A DNA stretch of 64,000 nt from Tepidamorphaceae bacterium (GTDB lineage Bacteria > Pseudomonadota > Alphaproteobacteria > Rhizobiales > Tepidamorphaceae), in contig OZ252290.1 in assembly GCA_965250105.1 (NCBI GenBank), positions 3,449,308 through 3,513,307 of the forward strand, read 5' to 3'. Both the position numbers and the translations under genes were made by a program. Below the pieces are notes generated by a model that was given only the letters and a program-made list of their open reading frames with translations, made no database searches and had not been told where the DNA came from. Within the stretch, counting starts at the first letter, position 1. Each line of letters begins with the position of its first letter. Shown here in pieces: positions 45,495-54,924 of the stretch.

Positions 45495-45582
45495 CTGCTC
45501 TATATTTTGAAGTGTCGGAGCATCCTTGTGCGTCCGGATTACGGCGCGAAACGCTTCGATCTGAACGGATGATGCTCTAAGC
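45495..45582. repeat. Dispersed intergenic hairpin repeat, copy 2
   Basis: The copy reads CTCTATATTTTGAAGTGTCGGAGCATCC...CGCTTCGATCTGAACGGATGATGCTCTAAG. It shares the 15-mer CTGAACGGATGATGC (reverse complement of 13714-13728) and the CGCTTCG spacer with the 13.7 kb copy, and has GAGCATCC/GGATG..GCTC termini like the 48.0 kb copy. Confidence 0.6.
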
Positions 45583-45651
45583 GACACGCGCCTTCGGGTT
45601 GGCGGATAACGGCTTGACGCCGTGGCGTGCCAAAAACGGAAACAAGGATCA

Positions 45652-45728
45652 GGCCCCGTAGCTCAGCTGGATAGAGCACCGGCCTTCTAAGCCGATGGTC
45701 GCAGGTTCGAATCCTGCCGGGGTCGCCA
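45652..45728 (+). tRNA. tRNA-Arg (anticodon UCU)
   Basis: GGCCCCGTAGCTCAGCTGGATAGAGCACCGGCCTTCTAAGCCGATGGTCGCAGGTTCGAATCCTGCCGGGGTCGCCA folds by hand as a cloverleaf. The anticodon loop is CTTCTAA. Confidence 0.9.
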
Positions 45729-45777
45729 CCGTCATCTGGCTCGATTCGTCGATTGCGACGACCTCGGGCCGCGACGC

Positions 45778-47409
45778 CTATCGCGCCCTGACGACAAGAT
45801 GTCCGGACGGGATGGTGTCGACGGCATCGAGAAGGCGGCGGCGCAGGGGCTCGGGCACTTTCCAGACCTCGAAGATATGCGGCAGCAGAGCGCCGGGATC
45901 GGCGCGGTTCAGGACGAAGGCCGTCAGTCTTTGCTCGGCCTCGTCGCGCCGTCCCAGCATGCTGAGGCAGATCGCCTCGTAGAGCTCCGGACCGCTCCAA
46001 AGCGCGTTGCCGATCTTGCGCGTCGCCGTAAGTGCTTGCTCATAGCGCCCGTCGATGAATTCCATCAGGAAGGTCGCGCCGTGAAACCAGCCGGGCGGGT
46101 TGGGGCAGAGCTCGATCGCACGCGTATTGGCGGCCCGCGCCGCACTGAGATCGCCCGTCAACGACCAGCAGACCGACAGATCGGCCAGCATGTCCGGATA
46201 GTTCGGATTGACCGACAAAGCCTGCCGGGCGGCCGCCTCGAAGGCGTCGACATTGCCGAGATGGAAATGCGCCAGAAACAGCGCGTGCAGCCCCGTCGCG
46301 TTCAGATGATCGAGATCGACGGATGTCTCGGCAGCCTGCAATGCCCGCTCGACCGACGGGCTGTCCGAGCGGGGGTTGAAATTGAACCGGTATTCGTCGC
46401 CATAGAGGATCGATAGCATGCCCCAGGCGCCGGCATAGCCGGGGTCGATGCTGACCGCCTTTTCGAGCAGGCCGCGGACGCGGCGATGGGCGGCCTGCGA
46501 CGGCACCCGCCAATATTCGGTAGCCAGAAGGCGGGCCTGATAGGCATCGAGCGCCTTGGTCTCGGCCCGGTGGCGCGCGCCGGCTCGATGGATATAGCCA
46601 TGCGGTTCGGCGATCTTGGCCGCGGTGCGGGCGGCGACATCGTCCTGGATGTCGAACATGCTTTCCGCGCTCAGGTCGCGATCGAAAATCTCGGACAATA
46701 CCTGATCGCCGGTCCGGGCGCAGACCAGCTGCGCGCTGACGCGGATCTTGTCGTCCAGCTGCCGGAACGTGCCGTCCACCAGATAGCGGACCCCGAGATC
46801 GGCCCCGAGCTTTCGCGGGTCGCGCGCCCTGTCGCAATATTGCGCGGTGACGTGACGCGACAGGACGCGCAACTCGCGGAAGCGGGCGATGGCGGTGATG
46901 ATCTCCTCGGTGAAGGCGATGGCCAGCGGATCCTGAGCCGGATCGCCGCTGAGATTTTCGAATGGCATCACCGCGAGCGACAGGCGCGGATCGCCCGGCT
47001 TGCCATCAAGCCCGTCGGCGCCGGAACCGGGATCGACGGCGATCTCGAAGACCGGCGTGTAGTGGCCCTTGGGCATGTGAATGCGGACCGGGTCGCCACG
47101 CCCTTCATTGGCATAGTAGAGGTCCAGCCGCGCGCGCAGCTTGTTGGCCTGGACGCGCACGATCGTGTCGGCGCTGGGGTCGAAATCGGCCGGCTTGTCG
47201 AAGACGTCGATGCCGAGCGTGTAGCCCTTGATCTGATCGGACCGGCCCTCCAGCGTTTCCGAGACGACATAGCCCAGAAAGCGCTTGATCCGTGTCGTCT
47301 CTGCGAAGTGCGCGCTTTCGAGCACCCGCTTGAGCTGTTCTTCGATCAGCGCGCGATCAAGCGACGGCACCGACGCCGTCTGTCTCCCTGCTGGTGTTGC
47401 CTGAACCAT
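45778..47409 (-). CDS. Winged-helix (OmpR/CadC-like) N-terminal domain protein with C-terminal TPR repeats
   Basis: The N-terminus FAETTRIKRFLGYVVSETLEGRSDQIKGYTLGIDVFDKPADFDPSADTIVRVQANKLRARLDLYYANEG...MPKGHYTPVF has the trans_reg_C-like pattern. The C-terminal half has repeated TPR-like helices. Confidence 0.65.
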   Translation of the reverse strand: MVQATPAGRQTASVPSLDRALIEEQLKRVLESAHFAETTRIKRFLGYVVSETLEGRSDQIKGYTLGIDVFDKPADFDPSADTIVRVQANKLRARLDLYYANEGRGDPVRIHMPKGHYTPVFEIAVDPGSGADGLDGKPGDPRLSLAVMPFENLSGDPAQDPLAIAFTEEIITAIARFRELRVLSRHVTAQYCDRARDPRKLGADLGVRYLVDGTFRQLDDKIRVSAQLVCARTGDQVLSEIFDRDLSAESMFDIQDDVAARTAAKIAEPHGYIHRAGARHRAETKALDAYQARLLATEYWRVPSQAAHRRVRGLLEKAVSIDPGYAGAWGMLSILYGDEYRFNFNPRSDSPSVERALQAAETSVDLDHLNATGLHALFLAHFHLGNVDAFEAAARQALSVNPNYPDMLADLSVCWSLTGDLSAARAANTRAIELCPNPPGWFHGATFLMEFIDGRYEQALTATRKIGNALWSGPELYEAICLSMLGRRDEAEQRLTAFVLNRADPGALLPHIFEVWKVPEPLRRRLLDAVDTIPSGHLVVRAR

Positions 47410-47510
47410 CCGATGTTGCCGTTAACAGTGACTCACTTCATCGCGCTGGCCCGCGCGAGAATAGCTGCGCCGGGCACCTGCGGTTGGGCCTGATACCATG
47501 ATAGGACGGG

Positions 47511-47840
47511 ATGATGAGCGTAATTTCCGATTTCCTTCAAAAGACCAAGGACGACTACGACAAATTTGAAGCCGATCTCGCGGTTTTGGAGAAAAAAGCG
47601 GAAGAAGAAGGTAAAAAAGCTGACGCATGGAACAAAGAGCAGCTTGCGCGATTGAGGACTGAGTTGGCCGAAGCGCGAGCAGAGGTTGACCAGTTTTTCG
47701 ATCGCGTCAAGCATGGAGGCGAAGAAGCTGCCACCGACATACAGGATCAGGTAGAACGGCACTGGGAAGCGATGCAGGTTGCTGTCGATGCCTATCGTAA
47801 GCACATCGAATCGGAAGATAAAGACAGCGGCGCGACTTGA
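47511..47840 (+). CDS. Hypothetical 109-aa charged coiled-coil protein in a lower-GC segment
   Basis: The ORF has a clean start and is rich in Lys, Glu and Ala (KFEADLAVLEKKAEEEGKKADAWNKEQLARLRTELAEARAEV). Hand-counted lines give about 42-43% G+C. I recognise no family. Confidence 0.4.
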   Translation: MMSVISDFLQKTKDDYDKFEADLAVLEKKAEEEGKKADAWNKEQLARLRTELAEARAEVDQFFDRVKHGGEEAATDIQDQVERHWEAMQVAVDAYRKHIESEDKDSGAT

Positions 47841-47974
47841 CGAAGATCAATAGATGCGTGGCCAATAGGACAAGATAAGCGGCAAAATATGGCGGTTATA
47901 TTGATCCGGCTGGCGCAGAAGCTTTGGTAGGACTACCGCTTCAATGTGCCTGCAAGACGCGCCAATGGATGGTG

Positions 47975-48085
47975 GCGCCAGGGCAATTCCAGTGAAAGTG
48001 GAAACCGGTTTCGCATTGGGAATTGTCTAAAATCAATGGGTTAGAACGCATCCAGGGAACCAGGGGTCACTGGATGCGTTCTAGA
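47975..48085. repeat. Dispersed intergenic repeat, copy 3, with a 14-bp perfect hairpin
   Basis: The copy reads CCAGTGAAAGTGGAAACCGGTTTCGC...CTAAAATCAATGGGTTAGAACGCATCCAG (48042-48055)-loop-CTGGATGCGTTCTA (48070-48083)G. It resembles an intergenic element that I recall as widespread in Rhizobiales genomes. Confidence 0.55.
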
Positions 48086-48120
48086 GAACGCTTTCTCGAT
48101 GCCGGCCGGCGCACGCGATC

Positions 48121-48882
48121 TCAGCCGGCCGATGCTTTCTCCACCCTGTAACGGGCGATCCAGGCATCGCTGATCGTATCCGCTAGCTTCGTGACATCGG
48201 GCTCCGCTTGGAGGGCATTGGCCGCGTCGCGGCCCAGGTGGTCGAGAAGTTGCGCCAGAACCACGCCGGGATCGGCGCTCAACCTTTCATAGGTGATGCG
48301 GACAGGGCTGATGTCATGGGCATCGAACCAGCGCCGCCATCCGGCGTCATGTCCTTCAAGCGCGGTGACATGGCCGTCGATCCGGTCGAAGTCGTAGGCC
48401 GGGTCCGCCGGCGGAGCGAGCCGCTCCAGTTCGCTGCCATCGGCGGCCCGATGCCACAGCCCCGTTTGTTCGGCCTTCACCAGCGATACCGCCTGCGCCA
48501 CCTTGTCCCCGCGCGACAGGTGGATATAGAGCACGGGGCCGAAGGCGGCCTCGAAGCGCGTCGGATCGCTTCCGAGCCCGGGATGGACCCTGTCGATCAT
48601 GGCCATGGCGTCGGCGAGATTTTCGTGCATGAGCCTCAGCCCGAAGATACCGGTCCCGTTTTCGCCTTCGGCGATCGCGGCCTTTAGATAGACCTCGGCG
48701 AAATCGGCTTCGGTCATCTCGTGGCGGGGCGGCAGGCCCCAATCGTCCGCCCAGTCGTCGATCGATGGGGCGCGGAAGAACGAGTTCGGCTTGCCAGCCA
48801 TGCCCGTCGCTGCCAGGAGCCGGCAGAGAAGCGTGCTGCCCGATCGCGGCGTGCCGCAGATAATGTAGGAGTTGGGCATCAT
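48121..48882 (-). CDS. Stf0-family sulfotransferase
   Basis: The N-terminal PAPS P-loop is YIICGTPRSGSTLLCRLL. The length of about 250 aa is typical of the Stf0 family. Confidence 0.75.
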   Translation of the reverse strand: MMPNSYIICGTPRSGSTLLCRLLAATGMAGKPNSFFRAPSIDDWADDWGLPPRHEMTEADFAEVYLKAAIAEGENGTGIFGLRLMHENLADAMAMIDRVHPGLGSDPTRFEAAFGPVLYIHLSRGDKVAQAVSLVKAEQTGLWHRAADGSELERLAPPADPAYDFDRIDGHVTALEGHDAGWRRWFDAHDISPVRITYERLSADPGVVLAQLLDHLGRDAANALQAEPDVTKLADTISDAWIARYRVEKASAG

Positions 48883-48941
48883 CTTGCCGGTCCGGGCCTG
48901 TCTAGGGGGTGGGGATGGCGGGCAGGGGGCCAGTAGCCGGT

Positions 48942-50180
48942 TCAGCCGGCCGAGCCGCCGGCGGCGCGCCAGCGGGCAAGCCCGGCCTCGAGGTCGGCGA
49001 TCAGGTCGTCGGTATGTTCGAGCCCGATATGGAGCCGGATCATCGGCCCGTCGGCCGCGAATGTCGTCGCGGTGCGGTAACCCGAACAGTCGAAGGGCAC
49101 GGCGAGGCTTTCATAGCCGCCCCAGGAATAGCCCATGCCGAAATGGTCGAGAGGATCGAGAAAGGCCGACAGCGCGGCCCGGTCGCCGGGTTGCATCTCG
49201 ATCGAGAACAGCCCGCTCGCGCCCGAGAACTGGGCCTGCCACGCGGCGTGGTCGGGATGCGACGGCAGCGCCGGATGCAGGACGCGCCGCACCTCGGGCC
49301 GCCCTTCGAGCCAGCGCGCGACCGTGAGCGCGTTTTCCTGGTGCCGCGGCAGCCGCACCCCCATGGTGCGCAGGCCCCGCAGCACCAGATAGACGTCGTC
49401 GGGCGCGAGGCACATGCCGATCTCGTCATGGGTGTCGCGCAGCCGACGCCACCAGCGGTCATTGGCTGTGATCGAGCCCATCAGGACGTCGGAATGGCCG
49501 CAGAAATACTTCGTGCCCGCATAGACGACGAGATCGACCCCGTGATCGAGCGGCTTGAAGAAGAGCGGCGTCGCCCAGGTATTGTCCATGATGACGGCGA
49601 TGTCGCCCATCGCATGGGTCACCTCGGCGATCGCCCGGACGTCCTGGATCTCGAAGGTCTGCGAGCCGGGACTTTCGGTGAAGACCGCCTTCGTATTGGG
49701 CTGGATGAGATCGGCGATGCCGGCTCCGGCATAGGGATCGTAATAGGTCGTCTCGACGCCCATGCGCTTCAGCGTCCCGTCGCAGAAGATCCGCGTTGGC
49801 TGGTAGACGCTGTCGACCATCAATAGGTGATCGCCGGCGCCGAGCGTCGCCAGTAACGACAATGTCACCGCCGCCAGGCCCGATGGCAGCAGCACCGTTC
49901 CCCGGCCGTCTTCGAGTTCGGTCAGGACCTCTTCCAGCGCGTCCATGGTCGGCGTGCCGCGCAGGCCATAGGTGTAGGGCTGGCCCTTGTCGCGGAAGCC
50001 CGTATAGCGCTGGCGTGACAAAATCGCCTCGACGGTCGGAAAAAGCACCGTCGAGCCGTGATAGACGGGCGGATTGATGAAGCCGTGCTGCTCGCTCGGC
50101 GTGCGCCCGCCGGTCACCAGAAAGGTCTCCGGCGCCTGCTGGCGCTTGCCGTCGGGCGATGTGCTGTCGTTCGATGTCAT
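48942..50180 (-). CDS. metC: Cystathionine beta-lyase
   Basis: The region from MTSNDS...LVTGGRTPSEQHGFINPPVYHGSTVLF includes the PLP-Lys region YAGTKYFCGHSDVLMG. The in-frame ATG is at 50180. The 745-aa track ORF is an over-extension. Confidence 0.85.
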   Translation of the reverse strand: MTSNDSTSPDGKRQQAPETFLVTGGRTPSEQHGFINPPVYHGSTVLFPTVEAILSRQRYTGFRDKGQPYTYGLRGTPTMDALEEVLTELEDGRGTVLLPSGLAAVTLSLLATLGAGDHLLMVDSVYQPTRIFCDGTLKRMGVETTYYDPYAGAGIADLIQPNTKAVFTESPGSQTFEIQDVRAIAEVTHAMGDIAVIMDNTWATPLFFKPLDHGVDLVVYAGTKYFCGHSDVLMGSITANDRWWRRLRDTHDEIGMCLAPDDVYLVLRGLRTMGVRLPRHQENALTVARWLEGRPEVRRVLHPALPSHPDHAAWQAQFSGASGLFSIEMQPGDRAALSAFLDPLDHFGMGYSWGGYESLAVPFDCSGYRTATTFAADGPMIRLHIGLEHTDDLIADLEAGLARWRAAGGSAG

Positions 50181-50441
50181 GAAAATGTTGTCTTTCCGAT
50201 GGGCCGGCGTGGTCGGGGGTGTGGTCACTGTGTGAAATTTTCTTGACCTTGCGCAAGGCTTCGCTTGTGATAGTGGCTCGGGTGGGTGCTTGGCGATGAT
50301 CGGCTCAACGGTCACGACCAGGCCACCCCGACCGAGGGGAGGGTCTGACTGCGCCGGTTTTGCGTTTCGCGCCAGCGTTTTGGACTCGCTCTTTATCGTA
50401 GTTTCGACGATCCACGATAGAGCAACCGAAAAGGCTTCATC

Positions 50442-51464
50442 ATGAACAAAACCTTCCTGACCGCCGCGCTTGGCACGGCTGTCGCGTTTTCGGCCGGAAC
50501 CATTGCCGCCCAGGCCACCACGCTCGAAGACGTGCAGGCGAAGGGCTTCGTGCAGTGCGGCGTGAACACCGGCCTCGCCGGCTTCGCCGCGCCCGACGAC
50601 CAGGGCAATTACAAGGGCTTCGACGTCGACTATTGCCACGCCATCGCGGCCGCCGTGTTCGGCGATCCGACCGCCGTGCGCTTCACGCCGCTGACTGCCA
50701 AGGAACGCTTCACCGCGCTGCAGTCGGGCGAGGTCGACGTTCTGGTCCGCAACACGACCTGGACCATGAGCCGCGACACCGAACTCGGCCTCAACTTTGC
50801 CGGCGTCAACTACTATGACGGCCAGGGCTTCATGGTGCGCAAGGATCTCGGCGTCAGCAGCGCGCTCGAACTGTCGGGCGCGACGATCTGCGTTCAGCCG
50901 GGCACCACGACCGAGCTCAACCTGGCGGACTATTTCACCGCCAACGACATGGAGCTGAACACGGTCGTCATCGAGCGTCTCGAAGACATCAACGGCGCCT
51001 ATGACGCCGGCCGCTGCGACGTCATCACGACCGACGCCTCTGGCCTTTATGCGACGCGCCTCGTCCTGTCGGATCCGGACGCGCACATGGTGCTGCCGGA
51101 AATCATCTCGAAGGAGCCGCTCGGCCCCGTCGTCCGTCAAGGTGACGACGAATGGTTCTCGATCGTCAAGTGGACGCATTTCGCGCTTCTGAACGCGGAA
51201 GAACTCGGCGTGACCCAGGCCAATGTCGAGGAAATGAAATCGTCCGACAATCCGAGCGTCCTGCGTCTTCTCGGTGTCGATGGCGAATTCGGCACCCCGA
51301 TCGGCATCAGCAATGACTGGGCGGCGGATGTCATTACCGCCGTGGGCAATTACGGCGAGATCTTCGAGCGCAATATCGGCGTCGATAGCCCGCTCGACAT
51401 CGCGCGCGGCCTGAACGCTTTGTGGATCGATGGCGGCATCCAGTATGCCCCGCCGATCCGCTGA
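50442..51464 (+). CDS. aapJ: General L-amino acid ABC transporter, periplasmic substrate-binding protein
   Basis: A signal peptide is followed by an SBP_bac_3 fold (TLEDVQAKGFVQCGVNTGLAGFAAPD...). The J-Q-M-P order and sizes match the Rhizobium aap operon. Confidence 0.8.
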   Translation: MNKTFLTAALGTAVAFSAGTIAAQATTLEDVQAKGFVQCGVNTGLAGFAAPDDQGNYKGFDVDYCHAIAAAVFGDPTAVRFTPLTAKERFTALQSGEVDVLVRNTTWTMSRDTELGLNFAGVNYYDGQGFMVRKDLGVSSALELSGATICVQPGTTTELNLADYFTANDMELNTVVIERLEDINGAYDAGRCDVITTDASGLYATRLVLSDPDAHMVLPEIISKEPLGPVVRQGDDEWFSIVKWTHFALLNAEELGVTQANVEEMKSSDNPSVLRLLGVDGEFGTPIGISNDWAADVITAVGNYGEIFERNIGVDSPLDIARGLNALWIDGGIQYAPPIR

Positions 51465-51584
51465 GACGCGCGCCCGCGCCTTTTAACACTTTTGGCGTCC
51501 GGACCGGCCAATTTGGCCGGCCCGGGTACCGAACACAGACCGACAGCCCGATAAACACGACAACACCTTCCAGAGGGGTCGGGA

Positions 51585-52781
51585 ATGGCACTACAAGAGA
51601 CCGCGCGTCCGGTGAACGTGCGCTCGAACGGCGATTCGTGGTTCTATGATCCGCGCGTGCGCGGGATCGTCTCCCAGCTCGTCACCGCCGTCCTGGTTTT
51701 CCTGTTCGTTTACTGGATCATTTCCAACACGGCGACCAATCTCGAACGCGCCGGCATCGCTTCCGGCTTCGGCTTCCTCGACGAGCGCGCCGGCTTCGAC
51801 ATTTCCCAGACCCTGATCCCCTATACGGTCAATTCCACTTACGCCACGGCGCTTCTGGTCGGGATCTACAACACCATTCTCGTCGCCGTTACCGGTTGTT
51901 TCGCGGCCATTGTCCTCGGCTTCATCGTCGGCATCGCCCGGCTATCGCATAACTGGCTGATCCAGAAGATCGCCACGATCTATGTCGAGGTGTTCCGCAA
52001 CCTGCCGCCGCTCCTGGTCATCTTCTTCTGGTATTTCGGCGTCCTGACGCTCTTGCCGAGCCCGCGCGAAAGCGTCGAGCTGCCGCTCGACACCTATCTC
52101 AACAATCGCGGCTTCATCACGCCGCGGCCGATCTTCGAGGACGGTTTCTCGCTCGTCATGTGGGCGTTCCTCCTGGCCGTTGTCGGTAGCATCGGGCTGA
52201 GAATCTGGGCCAAGCGGCGCCAGGAGGCGACCGGTCAGATCTTCCCGGTATTCCTGACGAGCCTCGGCCTGATCGTAGGACTGCCACTCATTGCCTTCTT
52301 GTTCGCCGGCGCGCCGCTGTCCTTCGAGGTCCCCGAGGCGTCCCGCTTCAATCTCGTCGGCGGCATTCAGGTGAAGCCCGAATTCATCGCGCTGTTCCTG
52401 GCCCTGTCGGTCTATACCGCCTCCTTCATCGCCGAGATCGTGCGCGCCGGCATTCTCGCGGTCAGCCACGGCCAGACCGAGGCGGCCCATTCGCTCGGCC
52501 TGCCGCACGGACCGACCCTAAGGCTCGTCGTCATCCCCCAGGCCATGCGGGTGATCATTCCGCCGCTGACGAGCCAGTGTCTCAACCTGACGAAGAATTC
52601 GTCACTCGCGGTCGCCATCGGCTATCCCGAACTGGTGTCGATCGGCGGCACGGTGCTCAACCAGACCGGCCAGGCGGTCGAGATCGTCGCGATCTGGATG
52701 ATCGTCTATCTCGGCCTGTCTCTGATCACGTCGGGCTTCATGAACTGGTTCAACGCCCGCGTCGCGTTGGTCGAGCGCTGA
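51585..52781 (+). CDS. aapQ: General L-amino acid ABC transporter permease
   Basis: This 398-aa polytopic protein has the EAA-loop region [11 protein letters not shown]...[13 protein letters not shown]. Confidence 0.8.
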   Translation: MALQETARPVNVRSNGDSWFYDPRVRGIVSQLVTAVLVFLFVYWIISNTATNLERAGIASGFGFLDERAGFDISQTLIPYTVNSTYATALLVGIYNTILVAVTGCFAAIVLGFIVGIARLSHNWLIQKIATIYVEVFRNLPPLLVIFFWYFGVLTLLPSPRESVELPLDTYLNNRGFITPRPIFEDGFSLVMWAFLLAVVGSIGLRIWAKRRQEATGQIFPVFLTSLGLIVGLPLIAFLFAGAPLSFEVPEASRFNLVGGIQVKPEFIALFLALSVYTASFIAEIVRAGILAVSHGQTEAAHSLGLPHGPTLRLVVIPQAMRVIIPPLTSQCLNLTKNSSLAVAIGYPELVSIGGTVLNQTGQAVEIVAIWMIVYLGLSLITSGFMNWFNARVALVER

Positions 52782-52795
52782 ACGGGGAGGCTGCG

Positions 52796-53959
52796 ATGAG
52801 CGACACGCACATGGACGGCGGCCGGGTGAGCGGCCATCACGCTTATGCCTATGTCCGTCCCGTTCCGGCGGATGTCTTGCCGGCGCCGGCCAGCGAGAAG
52901 GGGATGGTCCACTGGATGCGGGCCAATCTCTTCGCCAGCCCGACCGATACGGTGCTGACATTGCTCGGCGCTTTGTTCGTACTCTGGGCCGTCCCGCCGA
53001 TGTTCAGCTGGCTGTTCGTCAATGCGGTGTGGACCGGTGAGGATCGGACGGCCTGTGTCGGCGAGAATGTCGGCGCCTGCTGGGCCTTCGTGAACGCGAA
53101 GTTCGAGCAGTTCGTCTATGGCCGCTATCCGATCGACGAGCGTTGGCGGGTCGATATCGTCTTCATGTTGTTCTTCGGCGGCCTCATTCCGATGGCGATT
53201 CCGGGCCTGCCCTATAAGCGGGCCAATGCGATCTTCATGCTGGTCGCCGTGCCGATCCTGTCCCTCATCCTGCTGAGCGGCGGGCTGTTCGGCCTGCGCC
53301 AGGTAGAAACCGCCCTGTGGGGCGGGTTCATGCTGACGCTCGTCGTCGCCGTCACCGGCATCGTCGTGTCATTACCGCTCGGGGTTCTGTTGGCGCTTGG
53401 ACGCCGCTCCAACCTGCCGGTGATCAAGCTGTTGTCGATCATCTTCATCGAGGTCTGGCGCGGCGTGCCGCTGGTCACGGTCTTGTTCATGGCGAGCGTC
53501 ATGCTGCCGCTCTTCCTGCCGCAGGGGGTGACCTTCGACAAATTGCTGCGCGCGCTGATCGGCGTCGCGCTGTTCGCCTCGGCCTATATGGCGGAGGTCA
53601 TTCGCGGCGGGCTGCAGGCCATGCCGAAGGGGCAGTATGAAGGCGCCGACGCGCTCGGCCTGTCCTATTGGCAGAAGACCAATCTGATCATCCTGCCACA
53701 AGCCTTGAAGATGGTGATCCCCGGGATCGTCAACACCTTCATCGGCCTCTTCAAGGATACGAGCCTGGTCTACATCATCGGTCTGTTCGACCTTCTGGGC
53801 ACGGTCAGGAACAATTTCGCGGACGCCGAATGGTCGGCGCCGACGGTACCGGCGACCGGCTTGATCTTCGCCGGGTTCATTTTCTGGATCTGCTGTTTCG
53901 GCATGTCGCGCTATTCGATGTTCATGGAGCGCCGGCTCGATACGACGCGACGAAGTTAG
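52796..53959 (+). CDS. aapM: General L-amino acid ABC transporter permease
   Basis: The region from MSDTHMDGG... includes the EAA loop [32 protein letters not shown]. The in-frame ATG at 52796 follows GGGGAGG. Confidence 0.8.
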   Translation: MSDTHMDGGRVSGHHAYAYVRPVPADVLPAPASEKGMVHWMRANLFASPTDTVLTLLGALFVLWAVPPMFSWLFVNAVWTGEDRTACVGENVGACWAFVNAKFEQFVYGRYPIDERWRVDIVFMLFFGGLIPMAIPGLPYKRANAIFMLVAVPILSLILLSGGLFGLRQVETALWGGFMLTLVVAVTGIVVSLPLGVLLALGRRSNLPVIKLLSIIFIEVWRGVPLVTVLFMASVMLPLFLPQGVTFDKLLRALIGVALFASAYMAEVIRGGLQAMPKGQYEGADALGLSYWQKTNLIILPQALKMVIPGIVNTFIGLFKDTSLVYIIGLFDLLGTVRNNFADAEWSAPTVPATGLIFAGFIFWICCFGMSRYSMFMERRLDTTRRS

Positions 53960-54025
53960 CGCTGTCATGCGCCATCCGTTTTCGCCGCCAGCCGGCCATA
54001 GCCGTTTTCTTTGGAGAGTTGACCC

Positions 54026-54811
54026 ATGAGTGCCGTTCAAGATCTCGCCAAGACGCCCGCCGAAATGGCGATTTCGGATGAAATCGCCGTCGATATGGCC
54101 GATGTCCACAAGTGGTATGGCGATTTTCATGTTCTCAAGGAGATCAATCTCCGGGTGAACCGGGGTGAAAGGATCGTCATCTGCGGGCCGTCGGGCTCGG
54201 GCAAGTCGACGCTGATCCGCTGTATCAACCGGCTTGAGGAACATCAGCGCGGCCGCATCGTCGTCGACGGGATCGAACTGACCAACGACCTCAAGAAGAT
54301 CGACGAGATCCGCCGCGAGGTCGGCATGGTGTTCCAGCATTTCAACCTGTTCCCGCATCTGACGATCTTGGAGAACTGCACGCTGGCGCCGATCTGGGTG
54401 CGCAAGATGCCCAAGAAGGACGCCGAGGATGTCGCGATGGGCTTTCTGGAACGGGTGCGTATTCCGGAACAGGCGCACAAATATCCCGGCCAGCTGTCGG
54501 GCGGGCAGCAACAGCGCGTCGCCATCGCGCGCGCCTTGTGCATGAACCCCAAGATCATGCTGTTCGACGAACCGACCTCGGCGCTCGACCCCGAAATGAT
54601 CAAGGAAGTGCTCGACGTCATGGTCGACCTCGCCCAGAGCGGCATGACCATGCTCTGCGTGACCCATGAAATGGGTTTCGCCCGGCAGGTCGCCAATCGC
54701 GTGATCTTCATGGATCAGGGGCAGATCATCGAGCAGAACGAGCCCGAGCCGTTCTTCGAAAACCCGCAGCACGAACGCACGAAACTGTTCCTCAGCCAGA
54801 TCCTGCACTGA
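54026..54811 (+). CDS. aapP: General L-amino acid ABC transporter ATP-binding protein
   Basis: Walker A is GPSGSGKST, the signature is [15 protein letters not shown], and Walker B is [11 protein letters not shown]. Confidence 0.9.
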   Translation: MSAVQDLAKTPAEMAISDEIAVDMADVHKWYGDFHVLKEINLRVNRGERIVICGPSGSGKSTLIRCINRLEEHQRGRIVVDGIELTNDLKKIDEIRREVGMVFQHFNLFPHLTILENCTLAPIWVRKMPKKDAEDVAMGFLERVRIPEQAHKYPGQLSGGQQQRVAIARALCMNPKIMLFDEPTSALDPEMIKEVLDVMVDLAQSGMTMLCVTHEMGFARQVANRVIFMDQGQIIEQNEPEPFFENPQHERTKLFLSQILH

Positions 54812-54924
54812 TCCGGCCAAGCGGTTCGTTTTTTGCGGAAAACCTTTTTGTCTAGGGTCTTAGGAGGCCATCCTGAGGTGCTTTGTCAGGCGATCACGGT
54901 GCGGCCGGTGACCTTGACGCCGGG

